A DNA stretch of 62,984 nt, filler included, from Folioceros fuciformis (GCA_049999805.1; 9 parts of 9 records of this genome joined end to end with filler, not necessarily neighbours in it), one strand, 5' to 3'; shown: positions 23,953 to 38,150, numbered from the whole stretch's first letter. Numbers and translations: made by a program. Notes: generated by a model from the letters alone, not told the origin.

Positions 23953-26600
23953 GGCCCTCGGAGTTAGTGTCCTCAAGAGGATCACCATCGTCTTGTGAGA
24001 AATGTGAAGGGGAGTAAGGCTGGTGGCGACCCGTGTCGGGTCGTGAGTCGGCCACAGCTCCCTTTGAGGCTGGCCGCGTGAGTTCCAGGATCGTAACACT
24101 GCGGTCCAGGATAATGTTGTGATCTTCAGGATCAACCAATTTGTAAGCTTTCACATTGTTGCTATATCCAACCAGCAAGAGCTTTTGCGACCTGTCCTCC
24201 AACTTTCGGCGCTTGGTCTTTGGTATGTAGGCATAAGCTGTAAAACCAAAGACTTGAAGGTGGAGGATGCTAGGTTTTTGATTCTAGAAAACCTCATACG
24301 GGGTACGCCTGGGGACAGTGCCAGTGATGACTCAATTAAGGATGTAGGTGGCAGTGACAATGGCTTCTGCCCAGAAGCCCTGAGGAAGGCTAGCCCACAG
24401 CAACATGCTTCAGCTCATTGAGAGCAGGGTTTGATTTTTGCGCTCTGAAACCCCATTTTGTTGTGGGGTATAGGGTACGCTAAGCCGCCTCTAAATACCT
24501 CGCTCCCACAAGAAGTCAGCAAAGGTGTTATTCACAAATTCTGTTCCGTTGTCACTTCTCAGGATTTTCAGCAAGTGACCTGTCTATCTCTCGGCAACTA
24601 GGAGCCAATCTCGGAAGTAGGTGAACGTGTCACTCTTGAGGTGCATAGGATATGTCCATGAGTACCTACTAAAATCATCCGTAAGGGTGAGGTAGTAGTG
24701 TGCTCCCCCTAGTGACAGTTCGTGGATCTTTCCGGAGATGTCCGCATGAACCAATTCCAAGGTGGTGGTTACCTTGTGAGCGTGCTTAGAGAAGGGGAGT
24801 TCTTTCTGCTTCGCCAACACACAAGATTCGCCCACAAGGAGGTGCCGAAAACACTTAGGTAGGGGCTCCATATATAGGTTTTGTAACACCATGGATGTAA
24901 GCTTGTTTTTGTTAATGTGTCCCAACCTCGCGTGCCATAGAGATGCCAGGCTGTCAGAGGATGACCGCGGCGGTTTGACTGTGAAGGCAAACGGCTTGCT
25001 CCTGTCGGCAAATGAGAGCCTATACATGTCGTCTTGAGGCACGGCGGTGAAGAGGCACAAGTCAGGATTTGTGGTCCTAAAAAAACAACATGACCCCTTG
25101 AAGCGAGCATCTCAAGATTGCCTTGCTTTAGCAACTGAGTCATGGAGACCAGGTTCTTGCCCGTCTATGGGACGAGGAGCACATGCTCCAAGGTAAGCAC
25201 CAAACCATCCCGAAGCGGAAATTCGCAAGTGCCTTGTCTCATGATAGGCAAACTAGATCTACTTTGTTCATCACCGAGTAACACCCTTTCTCTAAGACGA
25301 CGGGTATCCAGCTTGGTGAATAGAGTACGATCGTTGCATATGTGGGCGGTGGCTCCACTATCCAGTTACCATCTTGAATCCTGGTGCAACTGGGTGTTGA
25401 GGCAAACCGTAAGTATCTTTATGGTTTTTGTTTCCACAATGCTAGCTTTCCCATGAATTGCAACACTGGATTTCCCATGAACTGCAACACTGGCTTTCCC
25501 ATGAACTGCAACACTGGATTTCCCATGAACTGCAACACTGGCTTTCCCATGAACTGCAACACTGGCTTCCTGTCTCGGGCCAGCCTCCTATGGCTTTCCG
25601 GCCTTCTTGCAGCAGTCCCGTGCCCAGTGGCTAGCAGCTCCGCACCAATTGCAGTTTCCGGCCCGGCGAGGAGGAGCAGAGGTTGATTCACCTTCATGGG
25701 TGAAGTTTGCCCTGCCCTTCTGAGTCTTCCCGGGCTTGAAACGGGTGGACAGTGCCTTGTCTACTTTGGGCTTGGACCCTCCTGTAGAGTTAAGACGACT
25801 CTACTCCTCCTGATACAGAGCGCCTACGATGTCCTCCACTATCAAGGTGGGAGTTGTGCCTGACTTACAGTGGGTAGATACCAACATCAAGCTGGTGACA
25901 AAGTTTTGGTACGACGCTGGTAAGCTCATCAACAGTTATGCAGGGGCATCGATCTTCGACATGGTGGAGCCAAGGGAGGCAAGCTGCCCTCGCAACTATC
26001 TGAACTTTGAGGTATGAGCAGAGATCGTATCTGTTTCCTTCATCCTTAAGGAGTTGAATTCTTGCTTTACACTATACAAGGTTAGAACGTTGTTAACATT
26101 GTACATGTTCAATAGCTGGTCCCAAATTGCAGGGGCCTCCGTGAGGAACTCCACGCTGGGCACCAGACTCAAATCAAGTCCGCTGATGAGGAGAGCAATT
26201 GTGATCCCGTTCAAATAGTCCCATCTCTCAATAACAGCGACTAGCGGGGGTGGAGTGGCAGAAGGGTTGGGCCTCGGAAGGGTGCCATCGACGATCTTCC
26301 AAATGCCTTGACCTATTAAGATGGACTTCATGCGTACATGCCACACCGGGAAGTGCTAGCCGTTGAACCGATCTTTTTCCTTCATATGATCGGTGTAGAC
26401 AGGGCTTGCACTTGTGAAGGTGGACGAAGAGCTGCTCGCCATAGTTGTTGCGGAGTCTAACGACAGTGAGTTAAATTGTTGTATCAGGTGGTCCACAAAG
26501 GAATTGTAGGTTGTGGTCATAAACTCAGGTAGAGGGGTGTACATCACACTGGTTCTTCCTTCAATGTTGTCGGACAAGAGTTACAAGGGAAACACAATTA
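23953..26600 (-). mobile_element. Ty1/copia element C (gag, zinc knuckle, protease, integrase), decayed; related to element B
   Basis: KEKDRFNG, WHVRMKSILIGQGIW, LDSGATAHIC, LWHARLGH, LVHADISG, LLLVGYSNNVKAYKL. Confidence 0.92.
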
Positions 26601-27041
26601 TTCAAGGACAGAGTGGCGTTAGTACCCTCCTGGTTCAAGAAAGCAACCCCAAGGTGCTCAGGATCACTCAATGTCCAACTAGTCAAGAACTTGCAAGCTA
26701 TCCACCTCCAATTTTGCTATACGACAAACGCAAAAAATTGGGTCTACCAAACACTAAGTTATGTGCTCGAGCTGATCCCACAAGGTTGAGGCATGATCCG
26801 TGGAGGTCTGTGAACCTCCAAAGTTTGGGGTAGTAGTTTGTTTTGGTTGAAAAAGGGTTAATAGTGGTATGGTTTGGTTTTCTTTTTCAACTTATTTTCC
26901 CTAATTTTCCTTGATTTTCTGGTCATTTTTCCTATTTTTCTNNNNNNNNNNNNNNNNNNNNNNNNNNNNNNNNNNNNNNNNNNNNTTAATTAATTAANNN
27001 NNNNNNNNNNNNNNNNNNNNNNNNNNNNNNNNNNNNNNNNN

Positions 27042-27774
27042 AGGTCCCCGGATTTTGTGGGTAGAACTCCTGGCTTAGGGCGTTGAGCCGGTTGAGGTCG
27101 ACCCAAAGTCCTGATTCCCCTTGCCACTAGGGGAACGTGGGGATCCCGGGGCTGTCAAGATCCTTGTGGCCGGATCCGCAAGGGCTACATGATTCGCAGG
27201 TTGGCTGAAGTGAAGGAACAGGACCGTGAGCTGAAGGGCTATCTAGTTCTAGATCCACACTATGCTTGAAGGCTGCAAGAAGTAAAGCCATTGTGCCCTA
27301 ATTTCCAAGGGGGAGAGCTGAAGAAAAGAGAGGAAGAGTTGAAGTGGAATGCATAGAAGTGAAGAGTGAGCTCCTGAAGAGTAGGAGTGTGTGTTGAAGT
27401 GGAGGGTGAAGGACTGAAGTGAAAAGGAAGGGACTGAAGTGGGAATCTTGGAGGACTGAAGTGAAGAGGAAGGGACTGAAGTGGGAATCTTGAAGAGCTG
27501 AGGTCAAGGAGAAAGTGGCTGAAGTGGGAATCAAGAAGAGCTGGAGGACTGAAGAACAGGAGTGTGAGTTGGGTGAGCTGACTTAGGGGGTAGGCTAGGC
27601 TTCTAGCCCTTTTGTTGTGAGTGTATGGACAGACCTATAGACTGGCTGATAGGTAGAAGTGTGATAGGTAGTGTTCCTTGGCACTAGTTCACTCCCTTGG
27701 GAGCGAACCATAGGACTGCAACGACAATAGGGGAATGTGTGGCCCCTTGGGTGGTTCTTGGGTGCAAGAAATCA
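27042..27774. mobile_element. LTR-like fragment with GAAGTG/CTGAAG repeats
   Basis: Purine-rich repeated motifs; possible terminal CA abutting copia D sequence. Confidence 0.4.
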
Positions 27775-30700
27775 CTCCACAGCAACATATGTCAACCAGT
27801 GGGAGCACCACTACATCCAGATAGCGATGATGAGGAGGGCTCTGTTGATTTCTCTAAATGACCAGCACCTGGCAACCCTCCACCACAGCCCCAGGCACAA
27901 CCTTAGCCACTCGCCCAGCCCATACCACCGGCTACATCTGCACCTCTGCCAGGACGCCCATCTCAGCCTGTAGCAACGACCCCATTAATTGTTTTCGGCG
28001 ACTTTGATGAAGACGACTTTGACTCACCTGCATCACCACCCTCGAGCTCCATCCCCAGCCAACGCACTGGGCTTGAGAGGGGGAACAGTAAGACCGGAGA
28101 ACTCCAGGACTAGGACGGCTTGCAAGACCTCCAGCACCATCTCGGATGAGCAGGCCTACATGGAGGACAGGTCAGACACACACGGTGAGGTGCACATAAC
28201 CAGCAAGCCATTAGCCAGGCATATCCGTTCCACGGAAAACATCTTGGAGATGGATAAGCAGGTGACCCCAACAGCTCCAACGCGGGAGGGCATGCCCTAT
28301 CACACGGGGCAGCTATAGAAGCCCGCACTTGCGGCCATCTGCAACTTGCGGATCATGTGCTTCATGACACACATACGGCAGGGGATTTCTGAACACACAA
28401 CTCAAACCAATCTCATCCCCAGCCCGGGACTCCCAAAGCAAGTAGGCACCTTTATTTTAATAATAATAATAACACTAATTCACGTTTTCAACCTACACAT
28501 ATGCAAGCTGCCGGACGATACTCCAATTGCCTATCTCGAGGATATCAACGAGGACGTGTTACGGCCAAATAACATCAACAACACCAAAGGTAGACGTCCT
28601 TAGCGATCAAACGCAGGTAAAATAAACAAATATTCTCCAACTAACTAGTGGGATCCTAAAAACAATTTAGCATATTGTCTTAACGCAACAATAGATCAAT
28701 TTGTCCCCGCCAACTACTAAGGAGGCTATCATCTATGCACAAAAGGAATACTTGAAGCAAGCAATAAGGTCAAAACTAGAATCCTTAAAAGCTAATAAAA
28801 CTTGGACAGTAACTACTCTATATAAGGATAGAAAACTAGTAGGTTCTAAATGGACCTTTAAGATAAAACTAAATGCAAACGACACGATAGAAAGATATAA
28901 ATCTAGACGAGTGGCTAAGGGATACTCACAAAAACATGGCTTTGACTATGATGAAACCTTTAGTCCAGTACTAGAAATAACCTCACTTAGAATCCTAATG
29001 GCCCTAGCTGCTCATCATGATTATGAGGTTATGCAACTAGATATTAAGACTACATTTTTATTTGGTGACCTTCAACACACTATCTACATGGAGATCCTAG
29101 AAGGACTTAAATCAACAAACAACTTTATAATGCTTGCTTATTATTGTAGGCCCTATACGGACTCAAACAAAGTGCACTAGAGTGGTACTCCAAGCTAAAT
29201 GACACCTTAGAAGAGCTAGGCTTTACAAGACTTAGCTCAAATAGTAACATATATATCAAGAGAGTAAGCAATCATTTTATGGTACTAGCAATTATGTAGA
29301 TGATATAGTTCTTATGTCTAACTCTAAGGGCATCCTAGAAGACACCAAACTCATGCTTGCTAAACATTTCTCTATGACCACTTGCCGTGAACTTTCATTT
29401 TGTTTAGGCATTCAAGCTTTAAGGCATAGGGAAATTAGAAGTATTTTCATCCATCAGTCTAAATACATTCAGGAAATCCTAGCTAAGTTTAATATGCTAG
29501 ATTGTAAGCCTATCTCCACACCTATGGAGTCTAACCTGAAACTCAGCAAGAATGAAGATCAAGAATATTAAGCAGCCACTCTAAAGCAACAAGTTACCAT
29601 ACTCATCTGCCATGGGCAATTTAATGTACCTTATGGTATGCACAAGAACTAACCTTGCATTTTTAGTGGGAGTACTATCTCAATTCTTAGAGGCCCCAAC
29701 ACAAGCCCATTGGAAGGCGGCAAAGCGGGTATTTGGATAGTTTCGAGGCACCTCTGACATAGGGCTGTTATATCAATCGACAATTAAACAAGGTCAACCT
29801 CTACAACTAGAAGGTTATAGCGATGCCGACTGGGCAAGAAATGCTAACAAGAGGAAAAGCACAAGCAGCTATGCCTACCTACTAGCTATGCCTACCTACT
29901 TGGAGGAACAGCCACAAGCTGGAGCAGCAAGCAACAACAGGAGGTCACACTCAGCTCAATTGAGGCCGAGTACTCCTTGTTAACACATGCTTGCAAAGAC
30001 GGACTCTAGCAGCTCTTACAACTAATGGAACTAGGAGAAACACAAGACATACCAAGACCACTTTATTGTGATAACCAGAGTGCCATAGCACTCACTTACA
30101 ATCCGAAGTTCCACGCGAGAACAAAACATATTGAAGTTCAGTTCCACTTCATCAGAGAAGTAGTAAGAGGCAGTAAGTTAGCCTGTATTGGCCAATAGAA
30201 CAAATGACAGTAGACATACTTACCAAGGCGCTCACATATGCTAAACATCAACAACATGCGATGAACATGGGACTAAGAAGCCTATCACATATTCAATAGC
30301 TTAAGAGAAATTATAGAACCTAAGGACTAGGAACTAAGTGAGAGTGTTAAGCTATGTAGCACGCTAGCCCTTAGGGCACAGTTTGTGTTTACGTACAATA
30401 AGCTAGATGTCAAATAGGAATTCTAGCAAACTAACATTGAGACAGTTACTCACATGCAATGCTTGGGCACAGCCCCAATGTAATGAGAATCTGTCTAATA
30501 ATACAAGTACATTTGTCTCCATCCCAAAATCATCCTGGATTGATGGGTTGCCCGGATTGATGGGTTGCTTGGTGCCATGCGAAGGTGTACGAGTACATCT
30601 GTCTCCATCCCAAAATCATCCTGGATTGATGGGTTGCTTGGTGCCATGCGAAGGTGTACGAGTACATCTGTCTCCATCCCAAAATCATCCTGGATTGATG

Positions 30701-30792
30701 GGTTGCCTGGATTGATGGGTTGCTTGGTGCCATGGGAAGGTGTGCAGGAACCTCCTCACCCTTGGTTCGACACTGGATGTGGTGTCCTTACA
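27775..30792 (+). mobile_element. Ty1/copia element D 3' half (RT, RNase H, probable 3' LTR 30345-30792), decayed
   Basis: [60 protein letters not shown]; purine tract then TGTTAAG...CCTTACA. Confidence 0.9.
30504..30745. repeat. ~65-bp tandem repeat within the probable LTR
   Basis: AGTACATCTGTCTCCATCCCAAAATCATCCTGGATTGATGGGTTGC three times. Confidence 0.9.
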
Positions 30793-31789
30793 CTATTTTG
30801 CTTTCGATCGGTCAAGCTTGCCATAAACACGGACATACTTCCGACAAGTGACAACAAACAATAGTGGCCTCATGTAACTTGTATGGATAGCCTGTCTCTG
30901 AAATTTTTATGTTATGTCCTATGTGGGTCATGTTTCACATGTTTTGCTTATTGTGCCTGGACTTCGCTATCATGCTTGCTGCCTACATGCTGTTGGTGGA
31001 ACGAATGGAGTACGCTTGTTGGGAGAATCCGCCCCAAGACCAGAACATGTGATGTTTGATGAATGCAACTTGCAATGGACATGTGTTGTGTTGCTCAAAT
31101 CAAAGATGACAAGTTTGGGCCCGAACACGGTAGGTGGTTCAAACGACATACATGAAGAAACCAGATGACCTGCAAACATGGTGGATGGAAGGTTGACAAT
31201 CGGAGAGGTGGATGCGCAGTTTCGGTCGGACAGGTAGACGCAAAATGGTTTGTACGTGACCCTGAAGTGCAACGAGCAAGACGGGTCGGTTGACAAAATG
31301 ACAATCGACAGCCCCGGCACAATTACCGTCAGGCAATCAGAGCGTGACGGCAGAGGGGGCTTTGGATGCGTTTGCTATGCAAATTGATACACCAAATCGA
31401 AGGAAACAAACATTTGTCCACAGCTTCTTATACACACTGTACATGGGATTGGGCAAAAATGTTACAGAAAGCTTCATGAACGTGGGTAGAAGGCCTCCTG
31501 TTTCCTCTCGAGGGACTCCACGTGTTTGGCACCCACGCCAAACGTTTTTGACAGAACATCCACAGGAATGCNNNNNNNNNNNNNNNNNNNNNNNNNNNNN
31601 NNNNNNNNNNNNNNNTTAATTAATTAANNNNNNNNNNNNNNNNNNNNNNNNNNNNNNNNNNNNNNNNNNNNATGTTCTATAAGTGCGATTGCTCCAGCAT
31701 GAGTTACGACATGAGACAATGCAATTGCAAAACCATATTGCTATTGCTAAGCTCCTATCAAGTTCTACTTGCAGTGATAAAGTTGGTAG

Positions 31790-32230
31790 TGAGAAGTGAG
31801 AATGAGTGTTTTAGATAATTCTAGTTCATGCATGTTTAAGGTGGTTCATAGTACTGAGAAGTGAGAATTGGGTGTTCCAGGAAATTCTAGTGCTTGCATG
31901 TTTAAGGAGGTTCATAGTGCTGAGAAGTGAGAACTGGGTGTTCCCCATGTTTAAGGAGGTTCATAGTGCCGAGAAGTGAGAACTGGGTGTTCAAGGAAAT
32001 TCTAGTGCATGCATGTTTAAGGTGGTTCATGGTGCGAAGAAGTGAGAACTGGACGTTCTAGACAATTCTAGGGCATGCATGTCTAAGGTGGTTCATGGTG
32101 TTGAGTAGTGAAAATTGGGTGTTCCAGGCAAGTCTAGTGCATGCTTATTTAAGGCGGTTCATGGTGTTGAGAAGTGAGAACTGGATGTTCAAGGAAATTC
32201 AAGTGTATGCATGTTTAAGGTGGTTTATGT
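31790..32230. repeat. ~64-bp tandem repeat, about 7 copies
   Basis: GAGAAGTGAGAACTGGGTGTTC...CATGTTTAAGGTGGTTCAT units. Confidence 0.9.
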
Positions 32231-32559
32231 GACTTCATGTTCCAAGAGAATCTAGAGAGTTTGTCTTCCAGGTGGTGTGCATCAAGTTGTGTTAAGGTGT
32301 ACTAAGAGAATCCAATGAGTGAGTGTTCAAAGAGAATCTAGTGAGTGTGTGTTCCAAGAGAATTTAGGGAGTGTGTGTTACGTGGGGTGTTCATAAGCAC
32401 AAGGGTTGACTTTAGAAATTCCATTTCCATTTTGTACCTCTTGCCATTTATATATGTGAAATACATAATTCATTTCATGTGTATGCATTATTACGACCTT
32501 GTAGAAGAGATATGAAAGTAGCATGTACTTATCTGTATTGATTTTTTCAATGTTGGAAA

Positions 32560-33760
32560 AGAGCATGTCTAATTGATCTGGCCTCCGGTAGCAGCACTCG
32601 TTAGTCATACTTGCCCAAGGAGCTTGCCAGTGCTCTATGTGCAAGGGAAATGGATTTGGGTCTACTTGCTGTGGCTTGGGTTCTCCTTGGACTATACAAA
32701 ACTTATGTAGCATACAACAAGCCACTACAACTTGACAAGCATATTGAAGTCTAACATTCAAAATTTTCAAGATTTGCCATTTTTTTTTCAACAACGGAAA
32801 TGTATTTTCTATCTTCACTCTTCCTCGTTGTAAACTCTTGTTGAATTTGTTTTTTTAGCCACATTTATTTCTGTAGCATAAAATGACATAAGAAGAAATA
32901 ACATAAATGAGTGTTGACTATCCCTAAGGAGATATGGATGTATGGTTGTCCATCTCTTTGGAGTGGTGGCATTTACAGTAGAGCACCTTCTTGTAACCTT
33001 ATTCATAAGTTGCTACCGCCCAATATTTGGGCATCATGAACACCACCCGGGTGTGTGCAACATCATCAATAAACTTCTTATCTTCATCACACACACCTTG
33101 CAAAACAATTGAATGTATATCATTTCTGCATTAATATGCACATATAGTTATTGCATTGATTGGGCTTCATAGCTCACTTGATATGAGAGTCATTTATCGC
33201 TCCAACCATGTTTGGTATTCTAGTCCACACTTCAAATTTTGCAGCATTTCCACACACCTTTTCAGTAGTGGATGTCATAAAGATGAAGAGGGATAACAAC
33301 TTGTTCTTGTTGCTCAAAATTTTAGAAATTAAGATTGTATATGACACCATTGTTGAAGCTCTTACCTCATACATATCTACAACAATTGTGATGAAAGGCC
33401 TTGAGTCAATTGGTGAAGAACAAGGGTAACATGATGAATCTCAAAAAGTTCCCGAATTGAAGAACAATTAATGAATGGTTGCAACAAATCCACCAATCTC
33501 ACAAAAGAAGGATATGACATTCAGTATGCAAATCGCCATTGTGCATCATGAACATAAGGTTCTTATGACAACCACGTATAAAGATGGACATCTTGCCAAA
33601 GAGTGACATGTGGAGAAAATTTCTACATGTCCTCCCAGCATTTGAAGAAGCTTCTTCCATTGCAACACCAAAGAAGGCCAATGAAATTGCAGAAAAAATT
33701 GAAGTATAATATAAAGAAGAGTCATTATCAATGTAAGAAATATAATCATCATAACACATA
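32560..33760 (-). mobile_element. PIF/Harbinger DDE transposase pseudogene
   Basis: IPNMVGAINDSHIK, SIVLQGVCDEDKKF, HPYLLRDS, IENTFPLLKKKWQIL...VVVACCMLHKFCI. Confidence 0.88.
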
Positions 33761-36215
33761 AAGGACTTAAAAGAACATCCCTTACTATATTATACAAGGA
33801 GTATAGAAGAAATTGAAGTCCAACATCACCATGGGGAAAAAAACGGCTTTAGGGCGCAAGGCAACCAGCATGGATTTTAATCACGAGTAGTTTAATTATA
33901 ATTGTTATTACTATAAAAAAATAATAACTGCTAGACATCCCGGGACCCGGCCCGTGAAAAGGGACGACCACTTTGTCCAGTATGCAACTGTGACCCATAC
34001 TGAAAACGGCGCAGTGTCCTCCGAGCTGCGACGTACAGGAGCAGTTCCCGCAGTCAGCCTATTTTCATAATGAGAGAAAGCTTGTCAAGAACGGCGAGGC
34101 GACCCGGCCCAGTTCGGGCTGGGTGAACGGGAGACGCGGGCAATAAATACATGTACTACAGAAACTGTAATATCTACATGCTATGTATATGTCATCTGTA
34201 CGTCCTATTTCTGGCATTCAGAAAGACCTGTACAGCCAAATGATTTGATTTCTTGACGCGAGTCCCTTGCTCATGTACCTTCCCCGACGTTGATAAACAT
34301 GGAAACGCCTCAGGGGGCGGAATTTTGCGCAAAGTATTCTTCAACGGCCTGGACATTTCGGAACCACAATTGGGCGCCCGGCATGAATAGAACAGTCCTC
34401 GCAAGGTCGCAAGTGAGAAGGGGAGGCGTTACCAGACGGCTGGAAGACGCAGCAGGGACCCACGGGGTGCCAACCAGCTCCCTCAAGATGTCATCCTCCT
34501 CCAAGTGTACGGATTCTGATACCTTGATTGACAACCTCCGCACCGTGCCCTTTTCCAGTTCCGCACGATTTCCCTCTGGCACAAGGCATAGCAGCGTGAA
34601 AACACACAGTCCACTCCTTAACCGTGCAGCTGGAAAGCAGGGAATGCAAAGGCTAAGCACTGACGAGTCGTAGGCAGTAACTGTAACTCCTTCCTCAACC
34701 ATCAATCCCCGCTGCCAAGATCGCTGCGAGACTCAAGTATTACCACAACCATCGAAAGCCTTAGACTCGACATTGCTCACGACTTCGTTTGGGACCCAGG
34801 AAACTTGACACTCCGATGGGTGAGTCTCGGTTCTCGTGTCCCCACACATGGTATGCTCCTCTCCAGCTCCTAGGTTGAATGCGCATACAACTGATACGAT
34901 CATGACGCAAGAACTCCCGAAAATAGGCGTCAGATGGGCACATACGGTTATGCCTCACCTTGAAGGATGAGGAGAAGTGGAGGCTATGACGACTGACAGA
35001 TGGGAAACTCCTGCTATAAAGTGTTCGCCGGCCTTTGACATTCCATGGTTGATTCGGAATCTTCTGGAAAAACGTTTTTGCCCTCTTTCCAGACTCGTAA
35101 GTGTACATGATCACCAGTTCCAGCACTCGATAAGTCGAAAAGGCAGCCTGCCTGGATCACTGGCTGTCAGAACGACAGACGAAGCAGCTAGTAAGCCTGA
35201 ATTTTTGAAAGCAGAGATGCCACACTCACTTGGGCAGAAAGGTTGCCAGGCAGGAGTTTCGGTGGCTAATCGCAACTATGGCCTCCCGAGCAAGTAGCAA
35301 ATTGTCAGCTGCCAATAGTGCAGGTGCATGGGAGAGAGCGATTTCAAACTGCCCACCTCCTGATCCAGCGTGGCGCTAACGGCACCAAGGTCCGACACCA
35401 TCATAAGCATTGCTACGGGGATAAAAAGGCGGTGTGGATGGACTTAAATTTGCAAATAGCACAGGGGAACCTCAGGAGGGTATCAGCAGGTCTACCTGTT
35501 CAACTGGGATGCGTAGCTGATCCAATGTATCAACAATCACTGAGAGTCCTTCCGCCATTGCACCATAACCATTAGTAGAACAGTATGGGGTTACGTCTAC
35601 CCCCTTCCACCCGTCGGGTCTGAAATGAGTAGGAGAAATACATCAGGAGAGATATCCTCACCACATCGCGTTGAGAAACCACAACTGCTTATGTGATCAC
35701 ATCTGTCAGTCTTCTCCAAGTGATAGAACTCACTCTCGGACCTATCCTCTAAGGACTGCCGATCCATAAACCACCACAAACACGAATAGCAGGAATACGA
35801 ACCAGTAGAGCAGATAGAAAATTACATGGAAGGCGATGGAATCCTAATTTTCTCACTCACCAGACCAACTTCCTTGTCCAAAACATTGAGAACGCGGCGT
35901 AGAGTGCCCCCTGGACAGTATTCCTAGAGGACTCCGGGCATCACATGCATGTGAACAAGTAATAGAGAGAGATTCCTCACGCCTCTCTTCCACAAGGTTT
36001 TCTCACTCAACTGCATCATGAGACTGAAACCAGGCACGCTGCACGACTGTCGTGATCATGCCCCTGGGGGCACAAAAGAATCCAAGAATCACACGGTTCG
36101 TCACTGCATCACAGAGTGCTGTTGATCAGGCGGCTGTTTCTTAGTCTCATGGCAAACTCGTTGACGCAGGACCTGGATTTTGGACATCATAAGCATCTGA
36201 GGGGCTACGCTCGGG

Positions 36216-37841
36216 TCATGAGTTTTCGCGCAACTTTCCAAACAAATTGCGGCGCTCCGCCTCAACTTCATTGAGACGAAGCTTCAGGTACCTGGTGGCG
36301 TACTCTTCTTCAACTTTCTCAGACTTGGCTAACATAATTCGCTGTAACCCATCCGCCTCCCGCCTTGCCGCATCTGCCCGCGTCTGATACAAATCCGCCT
36401 CCGCTTGCTTCAACTTCACAATACCCTCCAGCTCCTCAATCTGCTGCCTTTTGCGTTTCCTGGCAAGCAACAGCTCCTCCAACTCCTTCCTCTTGTCCTC
36501 TAACTCCCTGTCGCACATCTCCAGCGCCAGACGGGCCTTCTTCTTATCCTGAGCCTTCTCCTCCGCACAGGACTGCATCTTGGCCACAGCCTGCTGCACC
36601 ACTTCAGCGATGCGGTTGCAAGCCTCCCGAGGTTCCATGTCCCTCCCTCCTTCACCATCCAAGCCATCCCTTTCATCTCGCTCCACCTCTGCAGCAGCAC
36701 GTCCCACGGGAATAGATCAACACCCCAACAGAAACTGCACTGCAGCAGCAGCAAATAAAGCAAATGAAAGCAAAGCGAAGCAGGCGAACGCACAGCACTG
36801 GCACTGGCTGGGGTTTCCACGCAACAACGGCAGCAAACCAAACAGACCTTTGAAGAAGTTGAGCATGTCCTGCGACGCAACCTCAGTCCCGAACCCCGTC
36901 TTCAACCTGTCCAGCACCTCCTCCACCTTCCAGTAAAGGCGCTTGCCCCTGGAATCCTCGCTCCCGTGAAAAATCCTCCTCACACAGTCCACCTCCTTCA
37001 TGAAAATGTCACGCTCCCACTGCGCCGCGCAGCTCCTGAACACATCCTTCACCCAGCCGAGCAGCTCTGAAGTGAATCTACAAGCCTTGCACCGGAAAAT
37101 CATCTCCACGGCGGGGGCAAGGCCGGCGCCGTCCCCTGACCGCAGACTGGGACCGACACAAATCTGGCCGTCCCGGATAGCGCAGTCGGTGTGCGACCAG
37201 TGAAGGCAGAAATCGCATCCCACCCAGCGGCAGGTGTTCACATCGAAATCGAACTTGTTGCACACAGTGCACATGCAGGCATTGCAGAATCCCGACTTCA
37301 CGGCACACACTTGGCAGGAGCAGCTGTCAAAAGGGAGCTGGTTCTGACACGCGATGTTGCGGCAGCGAGAATGGAAGAAGACCTCCACCATGGCCGTGTG
37401 CGTGACGCTCACGTTGGGGTGCAGGAAGGCCTGAATTCCAGTCTTGACAGCCACCAGGATCTCGAGTTGCGCGCGGTGCGCCCGCATGAGCGCGTCCTGC
37501 GTCACGTCCTGCCGCGCCTGCAGAATCTCCTGCAGCATGACGAACTCCTCCCGGTTGTGCGGCCCCGCGACCCCGCCAAGAATGTCCCGCAGCTCCGTCT
37601 TCAGCTGCTCCAGGAACTCGTCCGCCTGATCCTTCATCCGCTCGGCCATGGCGGCCACTGGCTCCCGCACCACATCCTGCAATCTTATCGTGTCGATGGC
37701 CACCAGCCGCTGCACCACAGTCTGCTCGCCTTCCTGGAGCTGCAGCGGCATCCGCGATTGCTCAACCACGAGCATCCGTCCTCGAAACTGCGCCTCGGCT
37801 CTGTCACCGACCAAGACTCTCTCTCTCGGCTCCTCGCGCAT
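36216..37841 (-). CDS. OBE: OBERON family PHD-finger/coiled-coil protein; exons ~37841-36848 and 36688-36216
   Basis: EILVAVKTGIQAFLHP, RCRNIACQNQLP, GFCNACMCTVCNKFDFDVNTCRWVGCDFCLHWSHTDCAIR, IVKLKQAEADLYQTRADAARREA; GT-AG intron 36847-36689 in phase; start codon uncertain. Confidence 0.93.
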
Positions 37842-38150
37842 GTCTTTCCTCACACAAAACCATACCCCCTCGCACATACAATTCGCTCTTGCCGCCTTTA
37901 CTTCCGTCCTCCTGGAGTCAACCCAAGCCCACGTCAATAGGTTTCTTCTTCCTTGGTATTGCACTCTACCCCCACCGTATCCACATCACTAGCAGTGGTT
38001 GATATCTTCATTGGGTTAAACTCAGAAAAGATATTTAAGTATTGGGTCAGCAGCCTGCACGGCTTCAGCTCGATATGCAACTTTTACTTGCCTTGTAGCT
38101 GCATGCAGTCATAAGGGACTCGCAAGCACTTCGCTTTCATGCCTGAACAG

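Noticed and set aside
33931-33960. Possible Helitron 3' end (small hairpin plus CTAG on minus strand)
   Set aside because: Stem only 5 bp, CTAG not followed by T, no matching 5' end found
37191-37940. 249-aa + strand ORF
   Set aside because: Antisense shadow of GC-rich OBERON coding sequence
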